A stretch of DNA of 64,000 nt from a virus. Each line of letters starts with the position of its first letter. The first letter of the stretch is position 1. Under the pieces are notes generated by a model. The model was not told where the DNA came from and ran no database searches. It worked only from the letters and a program-made list of their open reading frames with translations. The position numbers were made by a program, and so were the translations under genes. The DNA lies in the IMG/VR virus record IMGVR_UViG_3300045988_083782. One strand, 5' to 3'. Of the stretch, positions 1 through 8,486 are shown piece after piece.

Positions 1-352
1 TGATTCTTCCTGTAGGGAAATCTTCATCAACGACAATAACTGGTAGATTCGAATTCTGTGCAATGACTTTAGCCATAACAGTCTTTCCGGTACCTTTAAC
101 ACCAGAAAGCATTACGCCAGTTGATAATTTATCAGTTTTCTCAAAGTAAGTATTTACACGTTTAATGAAGATTTTATCTTCATCTGTAGAATACACTTTA
201 GAAGGCAAGTTTAGTGAACCATCCTCTTCAAAGTAAGACATACCTTCATACCGATTATACTTTAGATTATAGACTTTGCCATGCTCTAATTCATAATCTA
301 ATCCTTTGGGTTTACTAATAATCTTATCACCTAGTTTAATAAATTCTGCCAT
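1..352 (-). CDS. AAA+ ATPase, N-terminal part (gene continues past window edge)
   Basis: Reverse translation from ATG (rc of 350-352) reads MAEFIKLGDK...STGVMLSGVKGTGKTVMAKVIAQN with a Walker A motif. The frame is open to position 1. Confidence 0.55.
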   Translation of the reverse strand, partial: MAEFIKLGDKIISKPKGLDYELEHGKVYNLKYNRYEGMSYFEEDGSLNLPSKVYSTDEDKIFIKRVNTYFEKTDKLSTGVMLSGVKGTGKTVMAKVIAQNSNLPVIVVDEDFPTGRI

Positions 353-358
353 AATTTG

Positions 359-748
359 TTATTTTTTTGAAAGTTCGTTGACCATCTCGTCAACTTGTTT
401 CTGATTACGGACTAAAAACAACTTATAGTCCTTGTTTTCTTGTTTTAAATAATACTTAAAGATCTTCCATCTTAACGGAAAACTATCCGTTACAAGACCT
501 TTACATTCTATGATAAAGTTTTTTCCAACAAAATCGGGAAGATAAGTCATAGCTCTTACCTTTTCTCCATTATATTCAAACTTTGGAATAAGCTCAAAGT
601 GAGTAGATTCATATTCTGCATCTATTCCAGCTTCTTTAAGCTTTTTGTAGGTATAAGTTTCGAGTTTACTTCTAAACTTTATACCATCATATATATTTGG
701 AGTAGCATTACGTACTTTTCCCTACGATTTCTTCTTACTTTTATTCAT
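359..748 (-). CDS. PD-(D/E)XK-type nuclease (endonuclease I / resolvase-like) with in-frame TAG at codon 9
   Basis: ATG at 748 reads MNKSKKKS-TAG-GKVRNATPNIYDGIKFRSKLE...YLPDFVGKNFIIECKG. The E..PD..ExK motif order fits this nuclease class. The TAG is rc of 722-724 and is in frame with track ORF 359-550. Confidence 0.5.
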
Positions 749-977
749 AACTAATATGAGTGTATGAAATATTTTTGTGAATAAGATATTCTGGTTCCTT
801 TTTAGCAATATTATTAATTGCCTTAGCTACACGTCGAGTATCTTCTTGAAGTGAAGACAGCATATATGCTAAATATAATTTCGGAAAGAACCGAATAATA
901 AAAGGAACAAACACAAAAATCTCAAGTAATGCTAATAGAAACGCTGCTAAGGTTAAGTATAAAATAAATGCTGTCAT
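741..977 (-). CDS. small hydrophobic membrane protein
   Basis: 78-aa ORF with an N-terminal hydrophobic stretch, tightly packed between neighbouring genes. Confidence 0.4.
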   Translation of the reverse strand: MTAFILYLTLAAFLLALLEIFVFVPFIIRFFPKLYLAYMLSSLQEDTRRVAKAINNIAKKEPEYLIHKNISYTHISYE

Positions 978-1951
978 ATTTTTTTCTTTTTTAGTTCTTT
1001 ATCTAGCCATTGGCTAACTTCTTGGAATGATGTACTCTTAATAGAATCAGAGACATCTTTAGAGTGAAATTTCTTATGCATTAACATGACTTCTAAGTCA
1101 TATTGTTTACCTATTTTACGACTATACTTAACACCAGCTTTATCTCTATCAAATAGTACGATAATACGCTTAAATCGCTTCTTTAGGTCCTCTAAGACTA
1201 CATTAGGTATAAATGTGGATTCACTTGATGGAGATATAGCACTATATCCCATTTCATGCAAACACATTACATCCTTCATACTCTTAGTAATAAACAGTAT
1301 ATCACCAGAATCTGGCAATTGTTTAAAACCTTGAATATCCATTTCGGTTAAGTTATTACGCCATTTCGTATACTTATCTCCTAATGGTCTATATATCTTA
1401 AAGTTGTTATATACCTTATAGGCATACATAGGATTTTCATTCTTGTAAACTCCTTTAACAATACCATTACATAAATAGTATTTAATACTAAATACATCAT
1501 ATTTCTTTAGTGTATCTAGGGAAATATTAAACTGAGCCCAGTAATTGATATCAATTTGTGTAAAGTCTTGCCTTACGATACCAATTACTGTCTCTGTTGA
1601 CGGTATATATTGCTTAGAGCTAACGAGTTTTGTTTTGTTGGTAATCTTTAGTTTGTCTACTATATCCTTTAGGATTTCATTGTAATCTGTAATACCAGTA
1701 TATAATGAAACAAACTTTATTACATTACCACATTCACCTGTTCCATGATCCTTAAATAAGAGTTGTTTGGTACGCTTACTATAATATATTCCAAATGAAG
1801 GATTCTTATCCTTTCTAAATGGACTATTATAGATCATACCTACTTTAAAGCTACCAATATACTGAGCATATATGTCATACTCAGTTACTTTAGATAGTAT
1901 ATAATCTAAAGTAATATTAGTAGGTAGTTTTACTCTTTTTTTATCGTACAT
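974..1951 (-). CDS. DNA primase (TOPRIM type)
   Basis: 325-aa ORF with NSPFRKDKNPSFGIY and GECGNVIKF primase-like N-terminal motifs and a TOPRIM-like IIVLFDRDKAG. Confidence 0.7.
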   Translation of the reverse strand: MYDKKRVKLPTNITLDYILSKVTEYDIYAQYIGSFKVGMIYNSPFRKDKNPSFGIYYSKRTKQLLFKDHGTGECGNVIKFVSLYTGITDYNEILKDIVDKLKITNKTKLVSSKQYIPSTETVIGIVRQDFTQIDINYWAQFNISLDTLKKYDVFSIKYYLCNGIVKGVYKNENPMYAYKVYNNFKIYRPLGDKYTKWRNNLTEMDIQGFKQLPDSGDILFITKSMKDVMCLHEMGYSAISPSSESTFIPNVVLEDLKKRFKRIIVLFDRDKAGVKYSRKIGKQYDLEVMLMHKKFHSKDVSDSIKSTSFQEVSQWLDKELKKKKI

Positions 1952-1952
1952 G

Positions 1953-2351
1953 TTATTTCTTTAATAAAGATAATTCCCTATCTAGTACTTTTCTGAAAAC
2001 AGCTTCATCATCAATTGAACAAACTCCACCATGTAGTGCATCATCACTAGGACTATATGGTTTAATTGTACGTATATATTTGTCTTCTTTACCACTTAAT
2101 GAAAAGCTCCACACTTCTCCTCCACGGATATCATATGATTCTTTGTAGTATAATAGATCTCTTTCATAGTCAAAACCTTTAACTAGAAACAATCTATTGA
2201 AATTAATATCTACTACATATGTATTAGGTTTAATATCCTTAATATTAGGTATAATTAAATCTAACAGATCACTAATCATATAGTGTAAATGATCAAATCT
2301 ATTTTTATTTCCAATTTTAGTTAATTCTTTCTCTAAGAAACTTTTTTTCAT
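1953..2351 (-). CDS. hypothetical protein
   Basis: 132-aa ORF directly abutting the primase gene. Confidence 0.5.
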   Translation of the reverse strand: MKKSFLEKELTKIGNKNRFDHLHYMISDLLDLIIPNIKDIKPNTYVVDINFNRLFLVKGFDYERDLLYYKESYDIRGGEVWSFSLSGKEDKYIRTIKPYSPSDDALHGGVCSIDDEAVFRKVLDRELSLLKK

Positions 2352-2639
2352 TATCAGTAAGTTCTCGCTCTCGCTTAATCTTTCTGAATTTACGTAATTT
2401 TCTGATAGTCATAACTATAGATTTTAATGTGATATGCAGAGAAACCAATCTCTGCATACCTAAACTAACTAATAGGAATCCAACCTATGTAATCATTGAT
2501 CCAATGATTAATATAACTAACATCGCAACTCTGGTCTACACGTGTACGGCGTGAGTACACTCGATTGAACATGATTAGTTATACTCGCTATCGCACTTGC
2601 GTATAGTTAGTCGATTAACGCGCTAATCTAAAAAATATC

Positions 2640-3443
2640 TTAATCCTCTTCCTCTACATCATCATTAAACAAACGGGAAATACTCCGCAGTTTGTGTGCA
2701 GCATCTCCTGTGGTTAAACATTCACCTCTGCCGATATAAATATCTTGTTTGGTTTCTGTATATTTAACTGAAGCAGATGCTCCCATACAGGGATCTACGT
2801 AGAATTTAGCAGCTCTGAATTTGAACATCCAGAATCTAAACATCCACGAAGATACTGAAGTTAGAATTAATGGTTTAATTAGAGTTTCCTCTGGCTTCTT
2901 TACCATTACTTCTACATGCAACAAGTCAATATCTTCACCTCTATAGGATCCAACGTTTTTAGTATCTGTATAAACAGAAATACCAATTCTATAACCTTGA
3001 TCCTCTAGATAATCAACAAGTCGCATTACTGTATAAGCTCTGATCATTAATGATTCAGAGCTACACCAGGAATTTTCACAAATACAAACATGTAAATTAA
3101 TAAACTTACCTTGTCCAGCACCGTGATTTCGTATACGTTTTTTCATGGCAGGCATCCGTTCTAAGAACCGATCATAATTCATATCATCGCCATCAAATTC
3201 GTCATACTTATATTTCTTTCTTGAACCTCCAAGAAATAAATCTTCTTCGATTTTCTTAAGATTATCTAGACCTTCTTTGTAAGAAAACTTACTTTCTAGA
3301 ATCTTTTCTCTAGATAGACCTACCCATTCTGGATCGTTTCGTCTATCCATTTCTTCCCATATATTCAGTCGACCGGTTTCTTCAACTTTGTCGGCTTCAA
3401 TATAGAACTGTTCTACACTTGGTAACTTAATAGATAAATTCAT
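2640..3443 (-). CDS. hypothetical protein translationally coupled to the upstream AAA+ ATPase
   Basis: 267-aa ORF whose start overlaps the stop of the 3443-4732 gene. Confidence 0.5.
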   Translation of the reverse strand: MNLSIKLPSVEQFYIEADKVEETGRLNIWEEMDRRNDPEWVGLSREKILESKFSYKEGLDNLKKIEEDLFLGGSRKKYKYDEFDGDDMNYDRFLERMPAMKKRIRNHGAGQGKFINLHVCICENSWCSSESLMIRAYTVMRLVDYLEDQGYRIGISVYTDTKNVGSYRGEDIDLLHVEVMVKKPEETLIKPLILTSVSSWMFRFWMFKFRAAKFYVDPCMGASASVKYTETKQDIYIGRGECLTTGDAAHKLRSISRLFNDDVEEED

Positions 3444-4732
3444 TATGCTGCATATTTAACTTGATAACGATCATTAGTTGATAGTGGATTGTTTAAACGA
3501 TCAAACACAATTCGTTTTTCATTATCAGACCAGTTAATAATTAATCGGTCTTTCCAATCAGCAAAATAGTTATTCTTCATTGTATGACCTGCTTGAATCA
3601 TACGAGTAGAAGCAATACGGCGTAACTGTTCATCTTTAATGATGCAACGAAGTGAGTTAACATAACTAACAACCTCTTCATCATATTGAGATTCAAACTT
3701 GTCAGAGTAATTAACATCAATAATACCTCCAACAAATCGGTCAATAGTTGATGCATCTAACTGGTTATTAGCTACATACTGACGATCAGCACCATTACCA
3801 AATGTATTTGAAGTAGCAATAATAATGCACTCCGGATGACGATGAACAAGACCTGTTGTAGTCTCAATTTCACCATTCGCTAGAGCGGCATTACATACCT
3901 GTGCTACAGCAGGATCCAATGCAGTAAACTCGTCAATAAGAATTACAGACGGTTTATTATAATACTCGCTGAATTTCGTACTTTCTCGTTCCGGATACTT
4001 ATATCCTACAAACTCAGTTGCAGAAGTACCGATACCACAAGAAATACACAAGTAAGGAAGATTAAGTTGTTTTGCTACATTACGAGCAATAGTTGATTTA
4101 CCACAACCTGCTGGTCCTACCATCCAAATGTTTGTTACACCAGATTCGATAGTCTTAAGTAGTTTTTCTTCAGGTTCAAGTTTAGCAAAGTCAATAGCTT
4201 TTGCTTTAAATTCTTCCTCTGCTTTACGCTTTTCTTCCTCTTTCTTCTTTCTTTCTTCTTCCTGTTTCTCAGCTTCTTCCATAGCTTTTTTCAATTCTTC
4301 GAGTTTAGACTGTAAATCACTATAACTACGTAACTGGATACCTGATTTAGAAGTTTTATATTCAGTTCCACTTTCACTACGTAATGTGAATTTGTATTCT
4401 CCTTTTGTTACATTCTTATCTACAGCAACAACAAGAAAGAATCCTGTAGGATTTACTCGTATAGATTTTCCTTCTTTGTCTTTAATACTACTATTAATAG
4501 TAGCAAAGATAGTATCACCTACTTTTAAATCTTTTATTGATGTTTTACTTTTTGCATCAATAAAATCATCACAGTTAGGTTTTTCCTTTCTGGAGTTAGG
4601 TTTTTTCTTTCTGGTAGGAGGAGTAGGATCTCCCGATCCATCTTCTCCATTAGTTGGTGTAGTACTAGCTTCTTCAAAAGGAGCGTTCCCTTGAAAAGTA
4701 GTTACATTACATAGTTTTTCAATCTCAATCAT
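3443..4732 (-). CDS. AAA+ ATPase (MoxR / AAA_5-like) with Lys/Glu-rich coiled region
   Basis: Walker A GPAGCGKST, Walker B VILIDEF and sensor IIATSN are present. I chose the start at MIEIEKLCNV (4732), because the longer track ORF start would overlap tRNA-like element 4773-4897. Confidence 0.65.
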   Translation of the reverse strand: MIEIEKLCNVTTFQGNAPFEEASTTPTNGEDGSGDPTPPTRKKKPNSRKEKPNCDDFIDAKSKTSIKDLKVGDTIFATINSSIKDKEGKSIRVNPTGFFLVVAVDKNVTKGEYKFTLRSESGTEYKTSKSGIQLRSYSDLQSKLEELKKAMEEAEKQEEERKKKEEEKRKAEEEFKAKAIDFAKLEPEEKLLKTIESGVTNIWMVGPAGCGKSTIARNVAKQLNLPYLCISCGIGTSATEFVGYKYPERESTKFSEYYNKPSVILIDEFTALDPAVAQVCNAALANGEIETTTGLVHRHPECIIIATSNTFGNGADRQYVANNQLDASTIDRFVGGIIDVNYSDKFESQYDEEVVSYVNSLRCIIKDEQLRRIASTRMIQAGHTMKNNYFADWKDRLIINWSDNEKRIVFDRLNNPLSTNDRYQVKYAA

Positions 4733-4772
4733 GATATGATAAAATTTGTAAATAATTCGATAAATAAAAACG

Positions 4773-4897
4773 TGGAGAGAGTAGTGGAATCGAACCACTC
4801 CCTGTTTAAGCATAATTTACTCAATTAATGAATTAAACTGTCCTAAATATGATACAGATTTTTTATAATCTTATCGCACCTTGCAGACGCACTCTCT
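4773..4897 (-). ncRNA. elongated tRNA-like RNA 1 (about 125 nt)
   Basis: On the minus strand the acceptor AGAGAGT/ACTCTCT pairs 7 of 7 and the T-arm is AGTGG-TTCGATT-CCACT. There is a D-arm with GG at positions 18-19 and an anticodon-like stem AGATT/AATCT with only a 6-nt ATAAAA loop. A 56-nt insertion sits at the variable-loop position. Confidence 0.4.
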
Positions 4898-4916
4898 CGT
4901 TGCCGTTATTCTTCTA

Positions 4917-5570
4917 TTAGAACGGCAATTGATTAGGGTTTGAATCTTCTCCTGAAGTAAAATCATTTGTAGTAAATGAATTAACAGAAGAAGTACCCAT
5001 AGCATTCAGTGTAAGTGAAGTAGCCAAATTTGTTACTGTCTTTTCACTGTCTGCTGTTACCGGTTTTGTGAATTGGTCAATACCTAATTCAACAATAGCG
5101 GATGCAGAACCTTCTGGTAATACCATAGGTTCGATAAATGTATACTTTGCATACGAAGGCAAAGTAGTATAACCATCTTTATTATAAACTACTTTAACAC
5201 GTAAGAGCTTGGACTTGTCTGCATTATTAAGATATGTTACTACCTCGTTTGCAAATTCTTCAAAGCTAGTACCATTAAAGACTAGTTCTTCATTCTTATA
5301 GAAACAAAGCAAAATCTGCATCATACGCGAAAACTGAGTATCTTCTTTTGCTTGAAGCTGTTCGTCAGTCATACCTTCGAACTTAGTAGGCTTCCACTCT
5401 GTTTGCGTAAGAGTTGCTCCTTCCTTCTCGAAAGTGATTTCCAAGAAATCTTTTCCGGTAGGAGATTTGGCTACTCTTGCTGATTTTAATGTTACGTTTT
5501 CGATAATTCCTGTAGGAATAAACTTTACATCTTTCTTTGCTATTGTTAAGGCTCTTTCTTTACTATACAT
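4917..5570 (-). CDS. putative single-stranded DNA-binding protein
   Basis: 217-aa ORF next to the Sak4-like ATPase. The C-terminal tail ...SGEDSNPNQLPF resembles the acidic ...PF tip of bacterial and phage SSBs. Confidence 0.45.
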   Translation of the reverse strand: MYSKERALTIAKKDVKFIPTGIIENVTLKSARVAKSPTGKDFLEITFEKEGATLTQTEWKPTKFEGMTDEQLQAKEDTQFSRMMQILLCFYKNEELVFNGTSFEEFANEVVTYLNNADKSKLLRVKVVYNKDGYTTLPSYAKYTFIEPMVLPEGSASAIVELGIDQFTKPVTADSEKTVTNLATSLTLNAMGTSSVNSFTTNDFTSGEDSNPNQLPF

Positions 5571-5586
5571 GTTCTTTCTAATTTAT

Positions 5587-6327
5587 TTATTCTGGTAAAA
5601 ATATTTTATCCCAATGAACGGTTACTTCATTGTTTTCATTGCTATCTGCAATTGCTATTTTCTGTCCTCTAAGATGTGGAGCTCGTGCCTCTCTTACTGA
5701 GTTATCGCCACCTTCGAACGAAATTATAGTTTCATTCTTTTTACGGTATACATAACCTACAGCATCAGCTTCCCCGCAGACAATATCACCTAAACGTCCA
5801 ACAAGGTCAATAGCCATTTCTGTGAGCTCTTCTCCATCTTTATTGATCATCTTATCTTTAGTATGACCAATTAGGATAAAGTTATCACATAGTTCCTTGA
5901 ACATATTAATAACTTTCTTTACAGCTTCTCTAATATAGAGATATCCAGCACCATTAGGTAACTGTCTAACATCTTCTCCTTTGAATGATTTACCCATTGG
6001 AGTTTGTCTATATAGAGATGCTGCAAATGGTAAACATATCTCCTCTAAACGAGTAGCATTATCAATTGCAATATACTTGTAAGGTCTCTTACCAGTCTCT
6101 GCAATCTTCTGTCTAATAGCATTTGCGATTTCTCCAAGATCATTGACTGTTCTAGCCTGAATTGAGAGGGCTTCGAGAAACTCGGAGCCACCCTCTAAAT
6201 CGACTATAAGACAGCCATCTAACTTAGAAATCAATGTAGTTTTACCAGATTTTGGTTTGCCAAATAAGATCAGAAATCTAGGATTCTGCACCTTTGGCGC
6301 ATTCTTTTCAGTAGGTAGTACTAACAT
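5587..6327 (-). CDS. RecA-fold ATPase, Sak4 / AAA_24-like
   Basis: 246-aa ORF with Walker A FGKPKSGKTT. Size and the adjacent SSB-like gene fit phage Sak4-type recombination ATPases. Confidence 0.6.
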   Translation of the reverse strand: MLVLPTEKNAPKVQNPRFLILFGKPKSGKTTLISKLDGCLIVDLEGGSEFLEALSIQARTVNDLGEIANAIRQKIAETGKRPYKYIAIDNATRLEEICLPFAASLYRQTPMGKSFKGEDVRQLPNGAGYLYIREAVKKVINMFKELCDNFILIGHTKDKMINKDGEELTEMAIDLVGRLGDIVCGEADAVGYVYRKKNETIISFEGGDNSVREARAPHLRGQKIAIADSNENNEVTVHWDKIFLPE

Positions 6328-6353
6328 ATTTGTTTTGTTAGATACTGCTTTAC

Positions 6354-6402
6354 GTTATCTGAAAGAATCTGAAAAAGTTATCTGAAAGAATCTGAAAAAG
6401 TT
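6354..6402. repeat. tandem 23-bp direct repeat carrying four ATCTGAAA boxes
   Basis: GTTATCTGAAAGAATCTGAAAAA occurs twice in tandem. ATCTGAAA starts at 6357, 6367, 6380 and 6390, giving spacings of 10, 13 and 10. The repeat lies upstream of the 5587-6327 gene. Confidence 0.8.
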
Positions 6403-6418
6403 GAGTAAAGTAGTATAA

Positions 6419-6919
6419 TTAAAGATTAATTACGGTTGTAGTTTTGTTTACCACCATGATGAAATTCAGAACGAATTTTCTTTGATATGATGATAGATTT
6501 TCCAAACAATAAACATTGTTACGCTTCGGGATGATTGTATTACCAACCTGAACATACGAGTCATATTCTCGTACCGGAAGTCCTCCGATTTTATAGTCAT
6601 ACCCACGAGGTAGATTACGCATCTCTGCATAATCGTGCAATTTCTTCAATGCACGTTCAAAATCCGTTGCAAGGTTATAATTACAACAGTTATTATTAAA
6701 CGGACACATACATTTAGATACGTGATAGCGCGGATTACATCCAAAGCCTACACGTTCTCCCGGACCGATATACTGATAACTTGTTTCAGTCTCAGGTCCA
6801 TCAATACCATCGATAGTCAATTCAGGATATGAATTATTCAGTTGATTCAACAAATACTGTTTGTATACGCCACGAGCGTCTGCTTTTTTATTCGGAAGTG
6901 TAATTGTAAAAGATTTCAT
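6419..6919 (-). CDS. hypothetical Cys-rich protein
   Basis: 166-aa ORF containing a CMCPFNNNCCNYN cluster. Confidence 0.45.
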   Translation of the reverse strand: MKSFTITLPNKKADARGVYKQYLLNQLNNSYPELTIDGIDGPETETSYQYIGPGERVGFGCNPRYHVSKCMCPFNNNCCNYNLATDFERALKKLHDYAEMRNLPRGYDYKIGGLPVREYDSYVQVGNTIIPKRNNVYCLENLSSYQRKFVLNFIMVVNKTTTVINL

Positions 6920-6957
6920 TTCAGCCTAATTTTAAAGTAAATAAATAATTTCTTGCG

Positions 6958-7884
6958 TTATTTTTCGACTAAGTTACCATATTTCAATTCATTCTCGAAT
7001 TCTAGTATGAATGGTTCTCCATCTCTTACTTTAAGAAAATGAAGATACACTTTGTCTTTTACAGGTAGACGGTCTATACCATAAGCTGTTATATTTAACA
7101 ACTCTGGTCGAGATAGAGCTGTCACATAGTCGCTAGCCTGAAAAATAGCATCAGATGCTGCAAGATCACTACGCATTGGATAATGCATAGAAGGGTTGTT
7201 AATACGATCCGGTTGTTCAATATTTCGATTCATCTGTGAAATCTGTATAATACTCGTATTAGAAAGCTTCTTTTTACGAATAAACATTTTCTGTAAATCG
7301 ACAATAGTACCTCTTTCAGATTCACCTTGGCCCTCTACAAGCAGGGCATGGTCAAGTATAACTATAAGCCATTTGCCTTTAGCTATGTTCTCGTGAAAGT
7401 AGTCAATAGTTTTTTCCATGTTCTCTACAGTACTTGGCGTATCAATATAATATATTGGATACTTTTTGATCTTATCTGCAACTTCTTCAATTTTATTGAA
7501 TTCAGTATTAGATAGACTTTGATCAGAACTATAGAGTTCTGCTGTAGTCTTTCTCAGTTTATTACTGAGCTTTCTACCTACCTGTCTGTAAGATAACATT
7601 TCATAACTAAAAGATAGTATAACTATTTCCTGATCCGGATTTAAATCAATTAAGTCAGTTTCAAGCGTATTTGCAAATGCAGATTTACCACTACCACTGC
7701 CTCCAGCTATAGTAACAATCATATTTGGCTCAATACCACCACAACATACTTTATTAAATTTATTCCACCTAGTCTTAAGTGGAACAATCGTTTTGTCTTT
7801 TCTCTTGCGAATGTATTCTAATGATTCATCAGCTACTTCAGAGATAGACCTGAATGGTAAAGTATTAAAGGATTTTTGTTCCAT
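6958..7884 (-). CDS. DnaB-like replicative helicase (RecA-fold domain)
   Basis: 308-aa ORF with Walker A TIAGGSGSGKS and Walker B-like LIVILDHALL. Confidence 0.6.
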   Translation of the reverse strand: MEQKSFNTLPFRSISEVADESLEYIRKRKDKTIVPLKTRWNKFNKVCCGGIEPNMIVTIAGGSGSGKSAFANTLETDLIDLNPDQEIVILSFSYEMLSYRQVGRKLSNKLRKTTAELYSSDQSLSNTEFNKIEEVADKIKKYPIYYIDTPSTVENMEKTIDYFHENIAKGKWLIVILDHALLVEGQGESERGTIVDLQKMFIRKKKLSNTSIIQISQMNRNIEQPDRINNPSMHYPMRSDLAASDAIFQASDYVTALSRPELLNITAYGIDRLPVKDKVYLHFLKVRDGEPFILEFENELKYGNLVEK

Positions 7885-8431
7885 ACTGAACCTCCTTTGC
7901 TTGTTGTGATAGTTGCATTTCCTCCTCGTAACACTCCCACTCGTGTTGAGTGAGCCATTTCCACATCGTCTTCATATAACCTAACTTACCAGAAGTTACT
8001 TTATTGTCAATCTCCCACTTCAGACATCCTAATAGGTAGTCATGCATAGCTCTTGATTTTCCAATAATTTTATTATACTCTTTACGACATTTGTTTACAT
8101 TAGCCCTTAAGAATCCTTTAGTTCCATCAGGTCTTATAACATAAACTGGAAATACTTCATAGAATTCATCAAACATACTTTCTTTATCACTTTTAGTGAC
8201 TTCAGCAAGTTGTTCAGATGCTCTATAAATTTTATTATCGTCAGTTATGGTCTCTACGATAATGTTACGTTGAATTAAATCTTGTATCTCTTCGTCACTT
8301 ACTCGGCTGAGAAGTTCGTGAACGTCTTGATGATTATTTTGATTTTCGCTCAATACAAGATTAATAAATACTAACTGATTTATTGATATGTTGAATTTCT
8401 TCAACAGAGATGTATCTAATTCTAGTATCAT
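7865..8431 (-). CDS. hypothetical protein of the replication module
   Basis: 188-aa ORF overlapping the helicase start and lying downstream of the polymerase gene. Confidence 0.5.
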   Translation of the reverse strand: MILELDTSLLKKFNISINQLVFINLVLSENQNNHQDVHELLSRVSDEEIQDLIQRNIIVETITDDNKIYRASEQLAEVTKSDKESMFDEFYEVFPVYVIRPDGTKGFLRANVNKCRKEYNKIIGKSRAMHDYLLGCLKWEIDNKVTSGKLGYMKTMWKWLTQHEWECYEEEMQLSQQAKEVQYGTKIL

Positions 8432-8486
8432 AAAAGTTTCACTTTATGACATTTATCTAGATTCTGATACAGTATGATAAGTTATG

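Noticed and set aside
4733-4813. N-terminal 27-codon extension of the AAA+ ATPase ORF given in the track.
   Set aside because: The extension has odd composition and overlaps the T-arm and acceptor of tRNA-like element 1. The internal start MIEIEK leaves a clean gap.
6354-6402. Possible CRISPR array.
   Set aside because: There are only two directly abutting 23-bp units with no spacers, and nothing resembling a repeat-spacer array occurs elsewhere in the window.
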